A stretch of 64,000 bases of DNA from Macrostomum lignano (GCA_002269645.1 NIVC01002295.1:1-64000), one strand, 5' to 3'; numbered from the stretch's first letter, positions 38,709-52,100 are shown. Numbers and translations: made by a program. Notes: generated by a model not told the origin, from the letters alone.

Positions 38709-41700
38709 CTAAAATTAAGAAAACTATTAACATAACACTTAAAAAAACTGATAAAAATAATTTTAATATAATATAGAAATTATATACCTAGGCCTAGGAC
38801 ATTGCCAAGCTCAAAACTTCTAAATATACTAAATCTCTAATCTATATACTAAAAATCAATTATCTAAAGCTTAAAAAGCAACAAATATATAGATAGCTAT
38901 AAATACATAAATAGTTACTTACTTTAGAGGCTGATTCAAGAGATAATGATGTACTGCTTTCAGCCTCTTCTGGATTCATTGATTGAGGTTTTTCTATTAA
39001 TAGTATTGTCTTACAATTAAAACAATATTTAATAGGCCCTAGATCAGAGACAATCTAATCTAGGCAGTAATAGGCAAAGTTTGCCCTTAGAAAGAATCAA
39101 ATGTTTAATTTAAAGTAGGTCTAATATATACAAAATTAAGACGTTTCACTCTGGTACTTCTGGTACTAGGGCTGAAGTTGTGCTTATTTATAGTATTCGA
39201 AGTATGGTAATTTAAATTCAAGGCAGTGTTTCATACAACACAAATTAAAGATCACAATTATACAAAAAAGGTCCCTGGCTAAAGTAATCTTTAAGCTAAG
39301 TAAACAATTATGGCAAGTTAACAGCTAGCCTGCTAATCTTACTGTTTGCTTAAACAGGAATGCTTAAACAGGAACCATTTAAATAGGCCTAGCTCAGTAA
39401 GGAATTATCGATTGGATGCGGTGTAACCCAGAAGGAAAACGGAGTTCTTTCTGTACTAGGTAGGCCAATGCTAAACTTCCAGAGGTAGGTAAGTACTAAA
39501 GAGAAAAGGAGAGATATCAAGTTCAGTCTACTACATTTATTTAAGCTTATGCTTAATATATGCAGAAAAAAACGTATTAAATTTTGAATAATTCGTTTTA
39601 AAAAGTTTTTAAAATTTGATAATTTCCCTGAACTTTCAAATATAACTAAGTCTCCTAATTTTTGTTCTAGTTTTTTAGTAAAACGCAAAACTTGTAATGA
39701 AATAAATAATATTCTTATTTTTGCATACAAGACAACAATGTTAAAAAACCTAAAAAAAACAAGAACGAGTTACTAAATAAGGTATACAGAATCTATAAGT
39801 AACTTTTGATTGTACAAGTGTAAATCATGAAATAAAAATATTATTTTGTACAAGTGTATCTAAATATATATCAATATATATCAATGCATGTGATCCATGT
39901 GTGAAAATACGAGTATGGTGCGATGTAGTTTCACGTTAAATCGTGAAATTTTATGTAAATTCGTTTTTAAAAGTGTGTATACATGTATTGCATGACATTT
40001 ACTTTGTATATACATGTATACTTAGTATGAACTTGTACATATAACTCTAACAACTGCAATAGATAAGCAGATCCAGAGTTAAATACGACAAATTCAGATT
40101 TATATATTTTAACTGAATTTGAGAGAAAAACATGCAAAGCAAATCTGCTCCATCGAATCAAGGACGACGAGTTGATCTTTGGCCCCAGAATCAGACAGCT
40201 TAAATGAGAATGCAGTGAATTGCAGGTACTGAAATGGAGCTCATAGTTCAGCTCCGGACCATACCTAATTTAATATCACAGATTTTTTTACCTTAGAAGT
40301 ATAATATTCTCCAGCATTGGCGCTATGTTCTGAGAGGCTGTCTCTCGGCCCGAAAACTCCGGGGTTAGGGAAGCTACAGTCTATGGTCTGATCGAACCCG
40401 CGGTTTTCGCCAGGCGGCTGGAGTGGCTCATCTGGGTAATATAGAATCTGTGTTAATTACATCGTTTCGGTCAAGCAGACCATGCAGCAACTGACACAGC
40501 TCGCTCAACATTTCACTTTAAGTCCAAAGTCCCCTAGCTTACAGTGTAGCTAGGTCATTATAGTGCATAGCGCATGCAGTCCTCGGAAAACAAATACACG
40601 TATGGACAACTGCATTGTCTTTGACCTAGAAATTCCAGCTACACAGAGATTCTCTGCACAGTAGTTACTGTCAATATAATGAATCTGTAGTATATATAGG
40701 CTCAAAATTAATAGATTGAAAATTCTGATCGAAATTGTATCTCCAGCCACCTGGTCGGCCTTCTCCCCCGTAATTCAATGCGTTGCATGCATGAGGCCGG
40801 AGTTGCTGAGTCCATCATTTGCACATTGTACAGTAGCTGTTCGCACTGCCATGCCGTACACAATTGTACAAGTGAGATATTGATAGAAAATAGGATTTTT
40901 ATAACAAAATTGCATGTATTATGCATGTACAAATGTACATAATAGTATAATTTTGTCGTCAAACGCTGAAAATTGAATTTTCGCGTTTTGAATTTCAGCT
41001 TTTGTTTTGAAATTGTATGCTACGGGGGGATGTTGAATCCTTGATTCATGCAGTTCTCAGAAATTCTGACTGTTAATCATTTCTGCAGTGTACGAGCGTA
41101 CATTGCGTGCATGAATTTGCCATTAATTGCAAGCCCCGCAAGCTCGCATTTGCAATTGGGTACTGCAGCTCGGTGGGCAGCAGGCCCAGCTGAAATTGCC
41201 CTGCCATCGCGAGCATAGCATTGGACTGTGCGTATAGGCCTAACTGTAGCTGATTGTCGAGACGCGTTCGCAAATCCTTAGGGAGAAAATATGGGATCAA
41301 GCGCCGCCAGCAGACGGCAATTTATATTTCCTGCTTCTCCAGCGCTAGCTCCGCCACATTGCTTTCAGGATACTCCCGAGTATGCGCAGACAATGTTCTA
41401 GCGGAGCATTTGGTCGATTAGAAATTTGACCCTGGACATGCCAATCTGTAGCCAGCAGGCAAGCAAGATTCCCCTGCTTTTATGTGTACTTTTAAACCGA
41501 AATGCATGTGAAACTAACCGTTTGACGAGCCACACCCAAGCAAGCGGATGCAGTTCAATACCAGTCAGTCCGTATAGATGAGCAGTGCAGAGTGACATGT
41601 ACCTTGAGTGAAATTGTCGCACCACTAGAATGCAGGTTGGCTGTGCTGTCGTGTTGTGTTGATAGAGGCATTTTTATGCATGAATTTAAATTATAAAATT

Positions 41701-41949
41701 TCGGTTTCGAATTTCGGTTTTAGAACGGCTAAACTGCATGTTACATCTAAATTCATTTCGACCCTTTCAAAAGCGTCAATATTGATGCTTTAGGCCTAGG
41801 GTGGTGATTAGTAATTTGCTTGAATGAATTTGGTTAGCCAGCCTGTTTCAATTGCAACTATGCAATACATCATACTCGTACATGCATATTAGCAGTTTCT
41901 TTTCAGATTTGCATAAGTGCAGGCGCTGGAAGATCGATGCGTGAATTGG

Positions 41950-42620
41950 AAAGAAAAGCTATAATAATCTCTCAAGTTCGAATCCCCTCGAGCTAATGGA
42001 GAAAAAATTTGATCGAGTGGAGAATTCTCGTCGCGTAGCCCCGCGGCAAAATCTATCGCGTCTCTCGAAGTTGGCAAACGGCTCGTTTTATCTTATTTTT
42101 CTCGGACGGCCCCGCCCTGTCTTCCCGGTCACCCGCATCCCCCGTTCTTTGCTCGCAATATGCATAGAAATATATCTCAGCGCAATATACACATTTAGCA
42201 ACACAGCGGATCGCTCAGCCCGAGCTGAGCAGAGCGCAGGTTTCGCGTGCATGCCAGTCCGATGCCAGTCCGCTAAATCCCCCCGGCCACCCTCTCCCCT
42301 CTCTGGCGATCAGTGATTCTCCGGACAGCACCGGCCGGCAGCTGGGGGTGGGGCGAGGAATTAGAATCACTACCCAACCACCCCGCCCCCATCCTTCAGT
42401 CTTCCTTCTCTTGCATCCTCTTGCAGGTCTCGCCATCGCGGCCGCTATGAGCTAATACTTCTCCGCCAACCCCAGCTTGCCCCTAGTCTTCTTCTGTGCC
42501 CCCCGCTCCGTGCAGCCAGACAGTCTCTCTCAAGGGCAAATTTAAAAGAAAGAAAAACACTGAGACGCCGTCTAGAGGTTTGAACTACTGGTACACTTTT
42601 TCCAGCGTTTTCTAACCCTC
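41950..42620. promoter_or_regulatory. CpG/GC-rich island, candidate (possibly bidirectional) promoter and 5' exon region
   Basis: Sharp rise in GC and CpG, GGGCGG-type boxes; lies just upstream of the GT31 gene (+) and 5' of beta-TrCP (-). Confidence 0.4.
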
Positions 42621-42917
42621 CTTGGGACTAACTTCCCCCTCCTCTTGCGGCAAACTCTCCGTTATTTCCCTGTCCATTCCTTTCCCAATTTCCGTCTTTC
42701 TAACGTCGCGTCAGGGTTTCTCATTGGCTTTCCTTTCCTCACATCGCGCGTCCTCCATGAGAAAGACATTACATGCCAATTCTATACTTCCATACAGCAT
42801 GTCCACCTAGCTGAGACTACATTATAAAACACTGAACTCTCTGGCACTTTTATAGCCACAGCCCAGCTACAAAACGGAGTAAGGCATTTGCATTCACGGC
42901 AGCTGTAGCAGGAGAGA

Positions 42918-44420
42918 ATGGCCCGGACTGCTCAAGCCACCGCTCGCGTGCTAGCGCAGCTGCTCGGCTTCATCAAGCACTGGTCAGTCAAGCTAGCCCG
43001 CCTGGCCGTGCTGGGCCTGGTCAAGTTCTCCATGTACTGCTGCATCAGCCTGCTGGGATTTGTTGTACTGCTCACCCTGGTGGCCTTCGCTTTCACCGTC
43101 TACTCGGTAATTCGCTACGGTCGAGTCAACAACCACGCCATCGACCCGGCCGGCCTGGACGACGCGGACACGGACCAGGAGGCCGGCTTACTGCACTACG
43201 AGGCGCTGCAGCGAAGTCCAATGTTCATGCGTCGGCAGCACCTGCAACAATTTCAGCAGCGTGCCGGCGCTGGAACGGGCTCCGCTCTGAAGCCTTACGG
43301 CGACACCGAGAGTCTGGTGAAGCCAAACGACTTCATTGCTGACTACGATCCGTTTGCTGCCGTCGACCTGTCGCTGCAGGCGGCGCAGCCTCAGGATGAG
43401 CAGACACTGTTGATGAAGTCGCCAGCAGCCAGTCTAGTTCGGGTGTCGCTGAAGGTGACAGACGAAGACCCCAACCGACGTTTGTCGCCGGAAGCGCGTC
43501 AGAGCCAAGCGGAACTGCTCAAATTGGAGGAGGCAGCCCGAGCAGCGTGTCAAAGCACGCACCGCGGCGTGGCATCAAACCCGTTCGCCAAGGTCGAGTA
43601 CCGCGTCATCGAGCGCAACTTGTGCAGCGGCGAGGTGGCCATCGTATTGTTCGTGCATTCGCACTTTGCTCACCTGTCGCGCCGTCAGCTGATCCGCAAC
43701 ACCTATGGCTCATTAACTAACGTGCGCGGCATCCCAATCCGTCTGGTCTTCTTTGTCGCCCTACCAAGCACGCCAGATCAGGAGGAGCTGCTGTCTAGGG
43801 AGAGCGCCATCTATCGCGACATCATAGTCGGAGGCTTTCCAGAGCGACAATCGAACCTGCTGCTCAAGAGTTACCTGGCTTTGCACTGGATAGTCAACTA
43901 CTGCCCGTCCATTGAGTACGCTGTAAAGCTTGAGGATGACACATTTCTGGATGTTGTACACTTGACGAATTTCCTACGCGTTATACCCGAGACGAAAGCC
44001 GCGAGCGAAAGCCAGGACTTTCTGTACTGCGCTGTGACGCCCAACCGCAGCCCGGTGCGCCGTGCCAAAAGTCTCTGGTACGTGCCCTATTCGGACTGGG
44101 TGTTGAACAAGTTCCCGCCCTACTGCCTGGGCTTCGGCTACGTGCTGTCGCGTGGCGCCGTCGCCAAGACGCTGGGCTGCAGCCAGAGCCTGCGCGCGGT
44201 CCGCCTAGACGATGTGCACTTCACCGGCGTGGTGGCAAAGTACGCCAAACTGCGCCAGATAAATTTCTGGAAGGGCCACGCTTTCGTGTGGATGGAGCCG
44301 TCCAGTTCTGGCCCCCCGAGTCTCAACGACTATATTTTCTTTGCCTCGAAGAATAACATTGTGCAGGACTACCTGTGGAAGAGGGCGTGGAAGAGCGCTG
44401 TAACCCGGATGTACTTTTGA
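42918..44420 (+). CDS. Glycosyltransferase family 31 (beta-1,3-galactosyl/GlcNAc-transferase-like), 500 aa, single coding exon
   Basis: Type II TM segment (ISLLGFVVLLTLVAFAFTVYSVI), stem, then FVHS...RRQLIRNTYG, VFFV, ESAIYRDII, NLLLKS, YAVKLEDDTF, PPYCLGFGYVLS, LDDVHFTG; intact ORF. Confidence 0.93.
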   Translation: MARTAQATARVLAQLLGFIKHWSVKLARLAVLGLVKFSMYCCISLLGFVVLLTLVAFAFTVYSVIRYGRVNNHAIDPAGLDDADTDQEAGLLHYEALQRSPMFMRRQHLQQFQQRAGAGTGSALKPYGDTESLVKPNDFIADYDPFAAVDLSLQAAQPQDEQTLLMKSPAASLVRVSLKVTDEDPNRRLSPEARQSQAELLKLEEAARAACQSTHRGVASNPFAKVEYRVIERNLCSGEVAIVLFVHSHFAHLSRRQLIRNTYGSLTNVRGIPIRLVFFVALPSTPDQEELLSRESAIYRDIIVGGFPERQSNLLLKSYLALHWIVNYCPSIEYAVKLEDDTFLDVVHLTNFLRVIPETKAASESQDFLYCAVTPNRSPVRRAKSLWYVPYSDWVLNKFPPYCLGFGYVLSRGAVAKTLGCSQSLRAVRLDDVHFTGVVAKYAKLRQINFWKGHAFVWMEPSSSGPPSLNDYIFFASKNNIVQDYLWKRAWKSAVTRMYF

Positions 44421-45639
44421 CACCACAAGAACGCTGGCGCATCCGTCCCGTTTGCAAAACTGTACACTTCTCGTTGATGTTAAAAAATGAAAGATTGTCG
44501 CATTCGTCTGCTAAATTGAATTCAGCTGGTGCCAAGTCGGGCAAATTAGAAGCTCCAAGTGTCATAAAGTAGTTTGGGAACAGTTGTAACTTAAAATAAG
44601 CACCTGTGGCTGTTAGGCTTCAAGATTATTGCATTCAAAAGGTAAGACAGCATTCAAATATAAGTTTTCTACGGCTTACTTACCGATTTAGATTATGTAG
44701 CGTTGCTTTCCATAGCTAGGTGTTGTTGTTTTGCGTAACTTTAAATTACGCCAAAAGTGACAATGTATGCATGCACGAGATTTGACAACTTTTTAGGCTT
44801 TCAAAGATTATGAATCATTAAACATCATATTTTAAAAGGTTTTAGCAGCAGGTGACAACATTCAGTCAGTTAAATCACTAATACCATTCTGTACAAGGAA
44901 GGTAACCTCAGCTTTACCAGCCCTTTAAACTGCGTTTTGTTGGTTGGGATTGAATTCGAGTTGTTAATGAAGTAATTTTTGTCTCTTATTGTTAAAAGCA
45001 CTGCCTCCACCAAGCAAAGGTCCCTGAAACGCTTGGACATTGAACTGGCTTTTCCGGGATACACTTGCCAAAAATATATGCCACACGGTAAATTGAAGCA
45101 TTCCACTATTGAATAGAACATTATTGATCCTTTATTTATTAGAATGTGTTGTCAAGCGTTGTGCAGCTCATTTATTTCAAGCATCAATGCACTTCTATGC
45201 ATTGCATTGACAAAATAGTGCAATAAATGAATGCTTTGGATGCTATATGGATATTTTCTCTCAGTAAACTGCCTTCAAGAACTTATTTAAGAATCAACTG
45301 TACGATGTATTCATAAGGACCTTCGTTTTTATCCATAAGCCTTAATTAGGTAGGCCATTCAGGGCTAACTAAGGGCTTCTTAACTGGAAGGACATTAGCC
45401 TGAAAAAAGGTGTAAACACAGAGGTGCGAAGGCTGGACAGACAATTTGGAGTGTCGAATCGATGAGAAGTACAATGTCAAATCAAAAAATATTCCTAAAG
45501 GACTTCTTTAAGGTATCTTTCTGACTCATTACACTGTTAACCTTAGAAGACGTGAACATTTCCTTGAAAACATCGTTGTTCGAATGTCAGCGTCTTTTGA
45601 CGGTCTGCCAACAATTCAACCACTGAAAATTGACTACAG

Positions 45640-45710
45640 ACCCTAACAATAACTCCAATCCTAAACCCTAACCTTACCCTAACCTTAAACCCTAAACCTA
45701 AGCCTAACCT
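45640..45710. repeat. Degenerate (CCCTAA)n-like tract, interstitial
   Basis: CCTAAACCCTAACCTTACCCTAACCTTAAACCCTAAACCTAAGCCTAACC; a shorter similar tract lies at about 2157-2180. Confidence 0.7.
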
Positions 45711-46129
45711 AAATCGTCGGGAGTCAAAAGTCGCTTGCAGTAGATATAATCTGGCAGTCATATTGTGGCAAGCCAGTAGTCAGAAACCCTTCAAGTAGTG
45801 ATAGAGGGAGGGAGAACTTTTGAAGCTTCCACCGAGGCATAGCTCCGCTCTCTCCTCACCAGCCTAAGTCAGGGCCTTGTGAGGCAAATGGCATCATCCC
45901 ACAGGTGTGAATTGCATCACTGGAGCTGAGATTTGAGAAAAATTGACCACTGGTTTCGGGACAAACTTCAACAACAAGTAGGAGCAACATGTCCCTCCCC
46001 TTTCACTCCCGCTGTCACGCAGCACAAAAGCTAAGCAATGTCATTAATTATTCAGTAATGGGTGAAACAACCAGAAGTGCCGTCATTCGTCGTGTATCTG
46101 GGGCGTAGCCAGGGTCTTCCATTGGGGAG

Positions 46130-48640
46130 GCGTCGATTCATCTGAGAGTGCGCTGATTTATCTAAGAGGGTGCCAATTTATCTGAGAGGGCGCCAATTTA
46201 TCTGAAAGGGCGCCAATTTATCTGAGAGGGCGCTGATTTATCTGAGACGGCGCTGATTTATCTGGGAGGGCACCAATTTATGAGAGTGCGCCAATTCTTC
46301 TGAGAGTGAACGGATTTATCTGAGAGTGAGCCGATTTATCTGAGAGTGAACCGATTTATCTGAGAGTGAGCCGATTTATCTGAGAGTGAGCCGATTTATC
46401 TGAGAGTGAACCGATTTATCTGAGAGTGAGCCGATTTATCTGAGAGTGAGCCGATTTATCTGAGAGTGAGCCGATTTATCTGAGAGTGAGCCGATCTATC
46501 TGAGAGTGAGCCGATTTATCTGAGAGGGCGCCAATGCATCTGAGAGTGAGCCAATGCATCTGAGAGTGAGCCAATTTATCTGAGAGTGAGCCAATTTATC
46601 TGAGAGTGAGCCGATTTATCTGAGAGTGAGCCGATTGATCTGAGAGTGAGCCGATTTATCTGAGAGTGAGCCGATTTATCTGAGAATGAGCCGATTTATC
46701 TGAGAGTGAACCGATTTATCTAAGAGTGAGCCGATTCATCTGAGAGTGAGCCGATTTATCTGAGAATGAGCCGATTTATCTGAGAGTGAACCGATTTATC
46801 TGAGAGTGAGCCAATTTATCTGAGAGTGAGCCAATTTATCTGAGAGGGCGCCGATTTATCTGAGAGGGCGCCGATTTATCTGAGAGTGAGCCAATTTATC
46901 TGAGAGTGAGCCAATTTATCTGAGAGGGTGCCAATGCATCTGAGAGTGAGCCAATTTATCTGAGAGTGAGCCAATTTATCTGAGAGGGCGCCAATGCATC
47001 TGAGAGTGAGCCAATTTATCTGAGAGGGTGCCAATGCATCTGAGAGTGAGCCAATTTATCTGAGAGTGAGCCAATTTATCTGAGAGGGCGCCAATTTATC
47101 TGAGAGTGAGCCGATTTATCTGAGAGTGAGCCAATTTATCTGAGAGGGCGCCAATGCATCTGAGAGTGAGCCAATTTATCTGAGAGGGTGCCAATGCATC
47201 TGAGAGTGAGCCAATTTATCTGAGAGTGAGCCAATTTATCTGAGAGGGCGCCAATGCATCTGAGAGTGAGCCAATTTATCTGAGAGGGTGCCAATGCATC
47301 TGAGAGTGAGCCAATTTATCTGAGAGTGAGCCAATTTATCTGAGAGGGCGCCAATGCATCTGAGAGTGAGCCAATTTATCTGAGAGGGCGCCAATTTATC
47401 TGAGAGTGAGCCAATTCATCTGAGAGGGCGCCAATTTATCTGAGAGGGCGCCAATTTATCTGAGAGTGAGCCAATTTATCTGAGAGGGCGCCAATTTATC
47501 TGAGAGGGCGCCAATTTATCTGAGAGTGAGCCAATTTATCTGAGAGGGCGCCAATGCATCTGAGAGGGCGCCAATGCATCTGAGAGGGCGCCAATTTATC
47601 TGAGAGGGCGCCAATTTATCTGAGAGGGCGCCAATGCATCTGAGAGGGCGCCAATTTATCTGAGAGGGGGCCAATGCATCTGAGAGTGAGCCAATGCATC
47701 TGAGAGGGCGCCAATTTATCTGAGAGGGCGCCAATTTATCTGAGAGGGCGCCAATGCATCTGAGAGGGCGCCAATTTATCTGAGAGGGCGCCAATGCATC
47801 TGAGAGTGAGCTGATTCATCTGAGAGTGAGCCGATTTATCTGAGAGGGCGCCAATGCATCTGAGAGTGAGCCGATTTATCTGAGAGTGAGCCAATTTATC
47901 TGAGAGGGCGCCAATTTATCTGAGAGGCGCCAATTTATTTGAGAGTGAGCCAATTTATCTGAGATGGCGCCAATGCATCTGAGAGGGCGCCAATGCATCT
48001 GAGAGTGAGCCAATTTATCTGAGAGTGAGCCAATGCATCTGAGAGTGAGCCAATTTATCTGAGAGGGCGCCAATGCATCTGAGAGTGAGCCGATTTATCT
48101 GAGAGGGTGCCAATGCATCTGAGAGTGAGCCAATGCATCTGAGAGGGCGCCAATGCATCTGAGAGTGAGCCAATTTATCTGAGAGGGCGCTAATGCATCT
48201 GAGAGTGAGCCAATTCATCTGAGAGTGAGCCAATTTATCTGAGAGGGCGCCAATTTATCTGAGAGGGCGCCAGTTTATCTTAGAGGGAGCCAATGCATCT
48301 GAGAGTGAGCCAATTTATCTAAGAGGGCGCCAATTTATCTGAGAGGGCGCCAATTTATCTGAGAGGGCGCCAGTTTATCTTAGAGGGGGCCAATGCATCT
48401 GAGAGTGAGCCAATTTATCTAAGAGGGCGCCAATTTATCTGAGAGGGCGCCAGTTTATCTTAGAGGGGGCCAATGCATCTGAGAGTGAGCCAATTTATCT
48501 AAGAGGGCGCCAATTTATCTGAGAGGGCGCCAATGCATCTGAGAGTGAGCCAATGCATCTGAGAGTGAGCCAATTTATCTGAGAGGGCGCCAATGCATCT
48601 GAGAGTGAGCCAATTTATCTGAGAGGGCGCCAATTCATTT
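46130..48640. repeat. 20-bp minisatellite (ATCTGAGAG[TGA/GGC]GCC[A/G]AT[TT/GC])n, about 125 copies
   Basis: Direct read; preceded by a hAT-like GGGGCGTAGCCAGG terminus at about 46099. Confidence 0.97.
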
Positions 48641-49103
48641 ACAATTTTAATGCCAAAAAAATTGATCATGACGTGAGTGTATGAAATACCGACAGCTAGA
48701 CAAGGGGTGCCGTGGTGATTAGTCAGTCACGTGGTGTTAAATAATGAGTAATGCAAATTATACACTGTAGGCACACGTTGACATCCAGTGGCGTCAAACA
48801 AATTAACCACAGAATGAAAAGAGAGACTTAACAGGTTGATTGGTGAGATAAATAATCAAATTTAAACAAGTCTAAAAATCCAACCTTTTAATTGGTCGCT
48901 TAATTAGTTGCGCCACGTACAAATTTTAGCTTAATTTTGAGTACAAATTGAGTAGCGTTTTGCCTATATAAACACAACTTTTTGGTTGACTTATCATCAC
49001 TGAGTTAAACTCGCGAATCACATACAACTGGTTTAGCATCAGAAAAGTCAACAAGTGTGAAACTACAACCCACCAGATAGTGGAATATCAAATCAGCGGC
49101 AAG

Positions 49104-52100
49104 ATGATTGCGCTACTGCTGCTACTGATGCTGGCACCAGCTGGCCTCGCTGCTGCTCAACCAGCCAACGGAACTGACCAGTTTGGCAACTTGTGAGTGA
49201 CGAATGAACGAGAGATTTATTGCAGTCTGATTTCTACTTTATCTGCTGAAAATCATATTCTACCCTCTCCCTCCTTGCTCCCTTTCCCGCTCCCTTCCCC
49301 AATCCCTTCCCGCTCCCTTCCCCCATCCATTCCCCGCTCCTTCCCCGCTCCCTTCCCCGCTCCCTTCCCTGATCCCTTCCCCGCTCCTTCCCCGCTCCTT
49401 CCCCGCTCCCTTCCCCGCTCCCTTCCCTGATCCCTTCCCTGATCCCTTCCCCATCCATTCCCCGCTCCTTCCCCGCTCCTTCCCCGCTCCCTTCCCCGCT
49501 TCCTTCCCCGCTCCCTTCCCTGATCCCTTCCCCCATCCATTCCCCGCTCCTTCCCCGCTCCCTTCCTTGATCCCTTGCCTTATCCCTTCCCCCATCCATT
49601 CCCCGCTCCTTCCCCGCTCCCTTCCCCGCTCCCTTCCCTGATCCCTTCCCCGCTCCCTTCCCCGCTCCCTTCCCTGATCCCTTCCCTGATCTCTTCCCCC
49701 ATCCATTCCCCGCTCCTTCCCCGCTCCCTTCCCCGCTCCCTTCCCTGATCCCTTCCCTGATCTCTTCCCCCATCCATTCCCCGCTCCTTCCCCGCTCCCT
49801 TCCCCGCTCCCTTCCCTGATCCCTTCCCCGCTCCTTCCCCGCTCCTTCCCCGCTCCCTTCCCTGATCCCTTCCCTGATCCCTTCCCCCATCCATTCCCCG
49901 CTCCTTCCCCGCTCCCTTCCCCGCTCCCTTCCCTGATCCCTTCCCCGCTCCTTCCCCGCTCCTTCCCCGCTCCCTTCCCCGCTCCCTTCCCTGATCCCTT
50001 CCCTGATCCCTTCCCCCATCCATTCCCCGCTCCTTCCCCGCTCCTTCCCCGCTCCCTTCACCGCTTCCTTCCCTGATCCCTTCCCTGATCCCTTCCCCCA
50101 TCCATTCCCCGCTCCTTCCCCGCTCCCTTCCTTGATCCCTTGCCTTATCCCTTCCCCCATCCATTCCCCGCTCCTTCCCCGCTCCCTTCCCCGCTCCCTT
50201 CCCTGATCCCTTCCCCGCTCCCTTCCCCGCTCCCTTCCCTGATCCCTTCCCTGATCCCTTCCCCCATCCATTCCCCGCTCCTTCCCCGCTCCCTTACTCG
50301 CTCCCTTCCTTTTCCCTATCCTCCACATCCGTCTTTTCTCCTCCTCCAGGCGTCAGTATTCTTTGGGCTCAAATCCCCAATGTGAATTGATGCACTCGCA
50401 GAACCCGCAAAATAAAATCTAAAACCGCTCACCAAATGGCCCTAGGCACTACCTGGTACTGGCGCCCAAATTCGGTCGGCTGGGGTCCACTTACACGGTC
50501 AGCTGCTCTCTGCCTGGCAAGACCATCGTCTCTGCTAGAGCTCAAATTTCCACCGTGAAAATGGCCGAGGGAGCTCGGAATCTCAGCGCCGAGGATTACT
50601 GGACCAGCACCGGCGGTGGCCACAAGACTGGAGACACAGGTGAGAGAAATTTCAATGTGAAAGATTTGGGAGTATTTTTACTCCTGGATAGAACTGCTGA
50701 CAGAAGATCCGGACTTGTAGATGAGACGGTGTGTGAGTAAGCAACCCTGTGGGTGAGCAGCTCTGTGAGTAAGCAACCCTGTGGGTGAGCAGCTCTGTGA
50801 GTAAGCAACCCTGTGGGTGAGCAGCTCTGTGGGTGAGCAGCTCTGTGAGTAAGCAACCCTGTGGGTGAGCAGCTCTGTGAGTAAGCAACCCTGTGGGTGA
50901 GCAGCTCTGTGAGTAAGCAACCCTGTGGGTGAGCAGCTCTGTGGGTGAGCAGCTCTGTGAGTAAGCAACCCTGTGGGTGAGCAGCTCTGTGAGTAAGCAA
51001 CCCTGTGGGTGAGCAGCTCTGTGAGTAAGCAACCCTGTGGTTGAGCAGCTCTGTGGGTGAGCAGCTCTGTGGGTAAGCAGCCCTGTGGGTGAGCAGCCCT
51101 GTGGGTGAGCAGCCCTGTGGGTGAGCAGCCCTGTGGGTGAGCAGCCCTGTGGGTGAGCAGCCCTGTGGGTGAGCAGCCCTGTGGGTGAGCAGCCCTGTGG
51201 GTGAGCAGCCCTGTGGGTGAGCAGCCCTGTGAGTGAGCAGCCCTGTGGGTGAGCAGCCCTGAGGGTAAGAAGCCCAATTCAAGCTTACGAAAAGGAAATC
51301 CCTCTAATTATTATTTTTAGATGCGCTAACCCTGTCACTGCCATTGGAAAATGACGTGAGAATTTTGTTTATTTTTGCTATCTTTCGTTCCAAGTTCCAC
51401 CCAAAGATAATAAAATATACTGTATGCACGAGATAATATAAATGTACAGTTAGTACATATCCTTGGTCTTTCGAAACTTAAAGCTTTTGGGATTCATAAA
51501 TTTCCGATATCTCTTTCTCAATTATTCTCAAGCATTGTCACTGAGACCAACTAAAATAGCAAAAAATAATCTAAGTCATTTTTCTGTGTCTCTGGGGAAT
51601 CACAACTATCACGTTTATAGTGCTATGGGAATTAAATCTATCAGTATAGGGATTAAATCTGTATAGGGATTAAATCATACGGATCACGTTTATACTGATC
51701 TGAGACAACTTTGCGCGTTTTTGTCCCTCAGGACTCGATTGACTTGTCAGGCAGCTACAAACTTAGCGTGGAACTGACCAGCTCAACCGGTTCCGTCTAT
51801 CGCAACGAGACCAACGTCAACCTCCAGGGCCCCAGCTTTCTGACCTTCGTGCAGACCGACAAGGCCCTGTACCAGCCTGGGCAGACTGTCAAGTTTCGCG
51901 TCTTCTGTCTGGACAGCTCGCTTCGACCTGTGGCCGCCAACTTCACTGCGCTTATTAAGGCGAGTATAAATGCTTTCAGATGTCAATAGATGCTTTCAGA
52001 TGTCTATAGATGCTTTCAGATGTCTATAGATGCTTTCAGATGTCTATAGATGCTTTCAGATGTCTATAGATGCTTTCAGATGTCTATAGATGCTTTCAGA

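Noticed and set aside
44870-45121. 83-aa - strand ORF downstream of GT31
   Set aside because: No ATG start, no recognisable domain, AT-rich.
45640-45710. True telomere or chromosome-fusion site
   Set aside because: Short, degenerate, single-orientation tract; such tracts are common inside non-autonomous elements.
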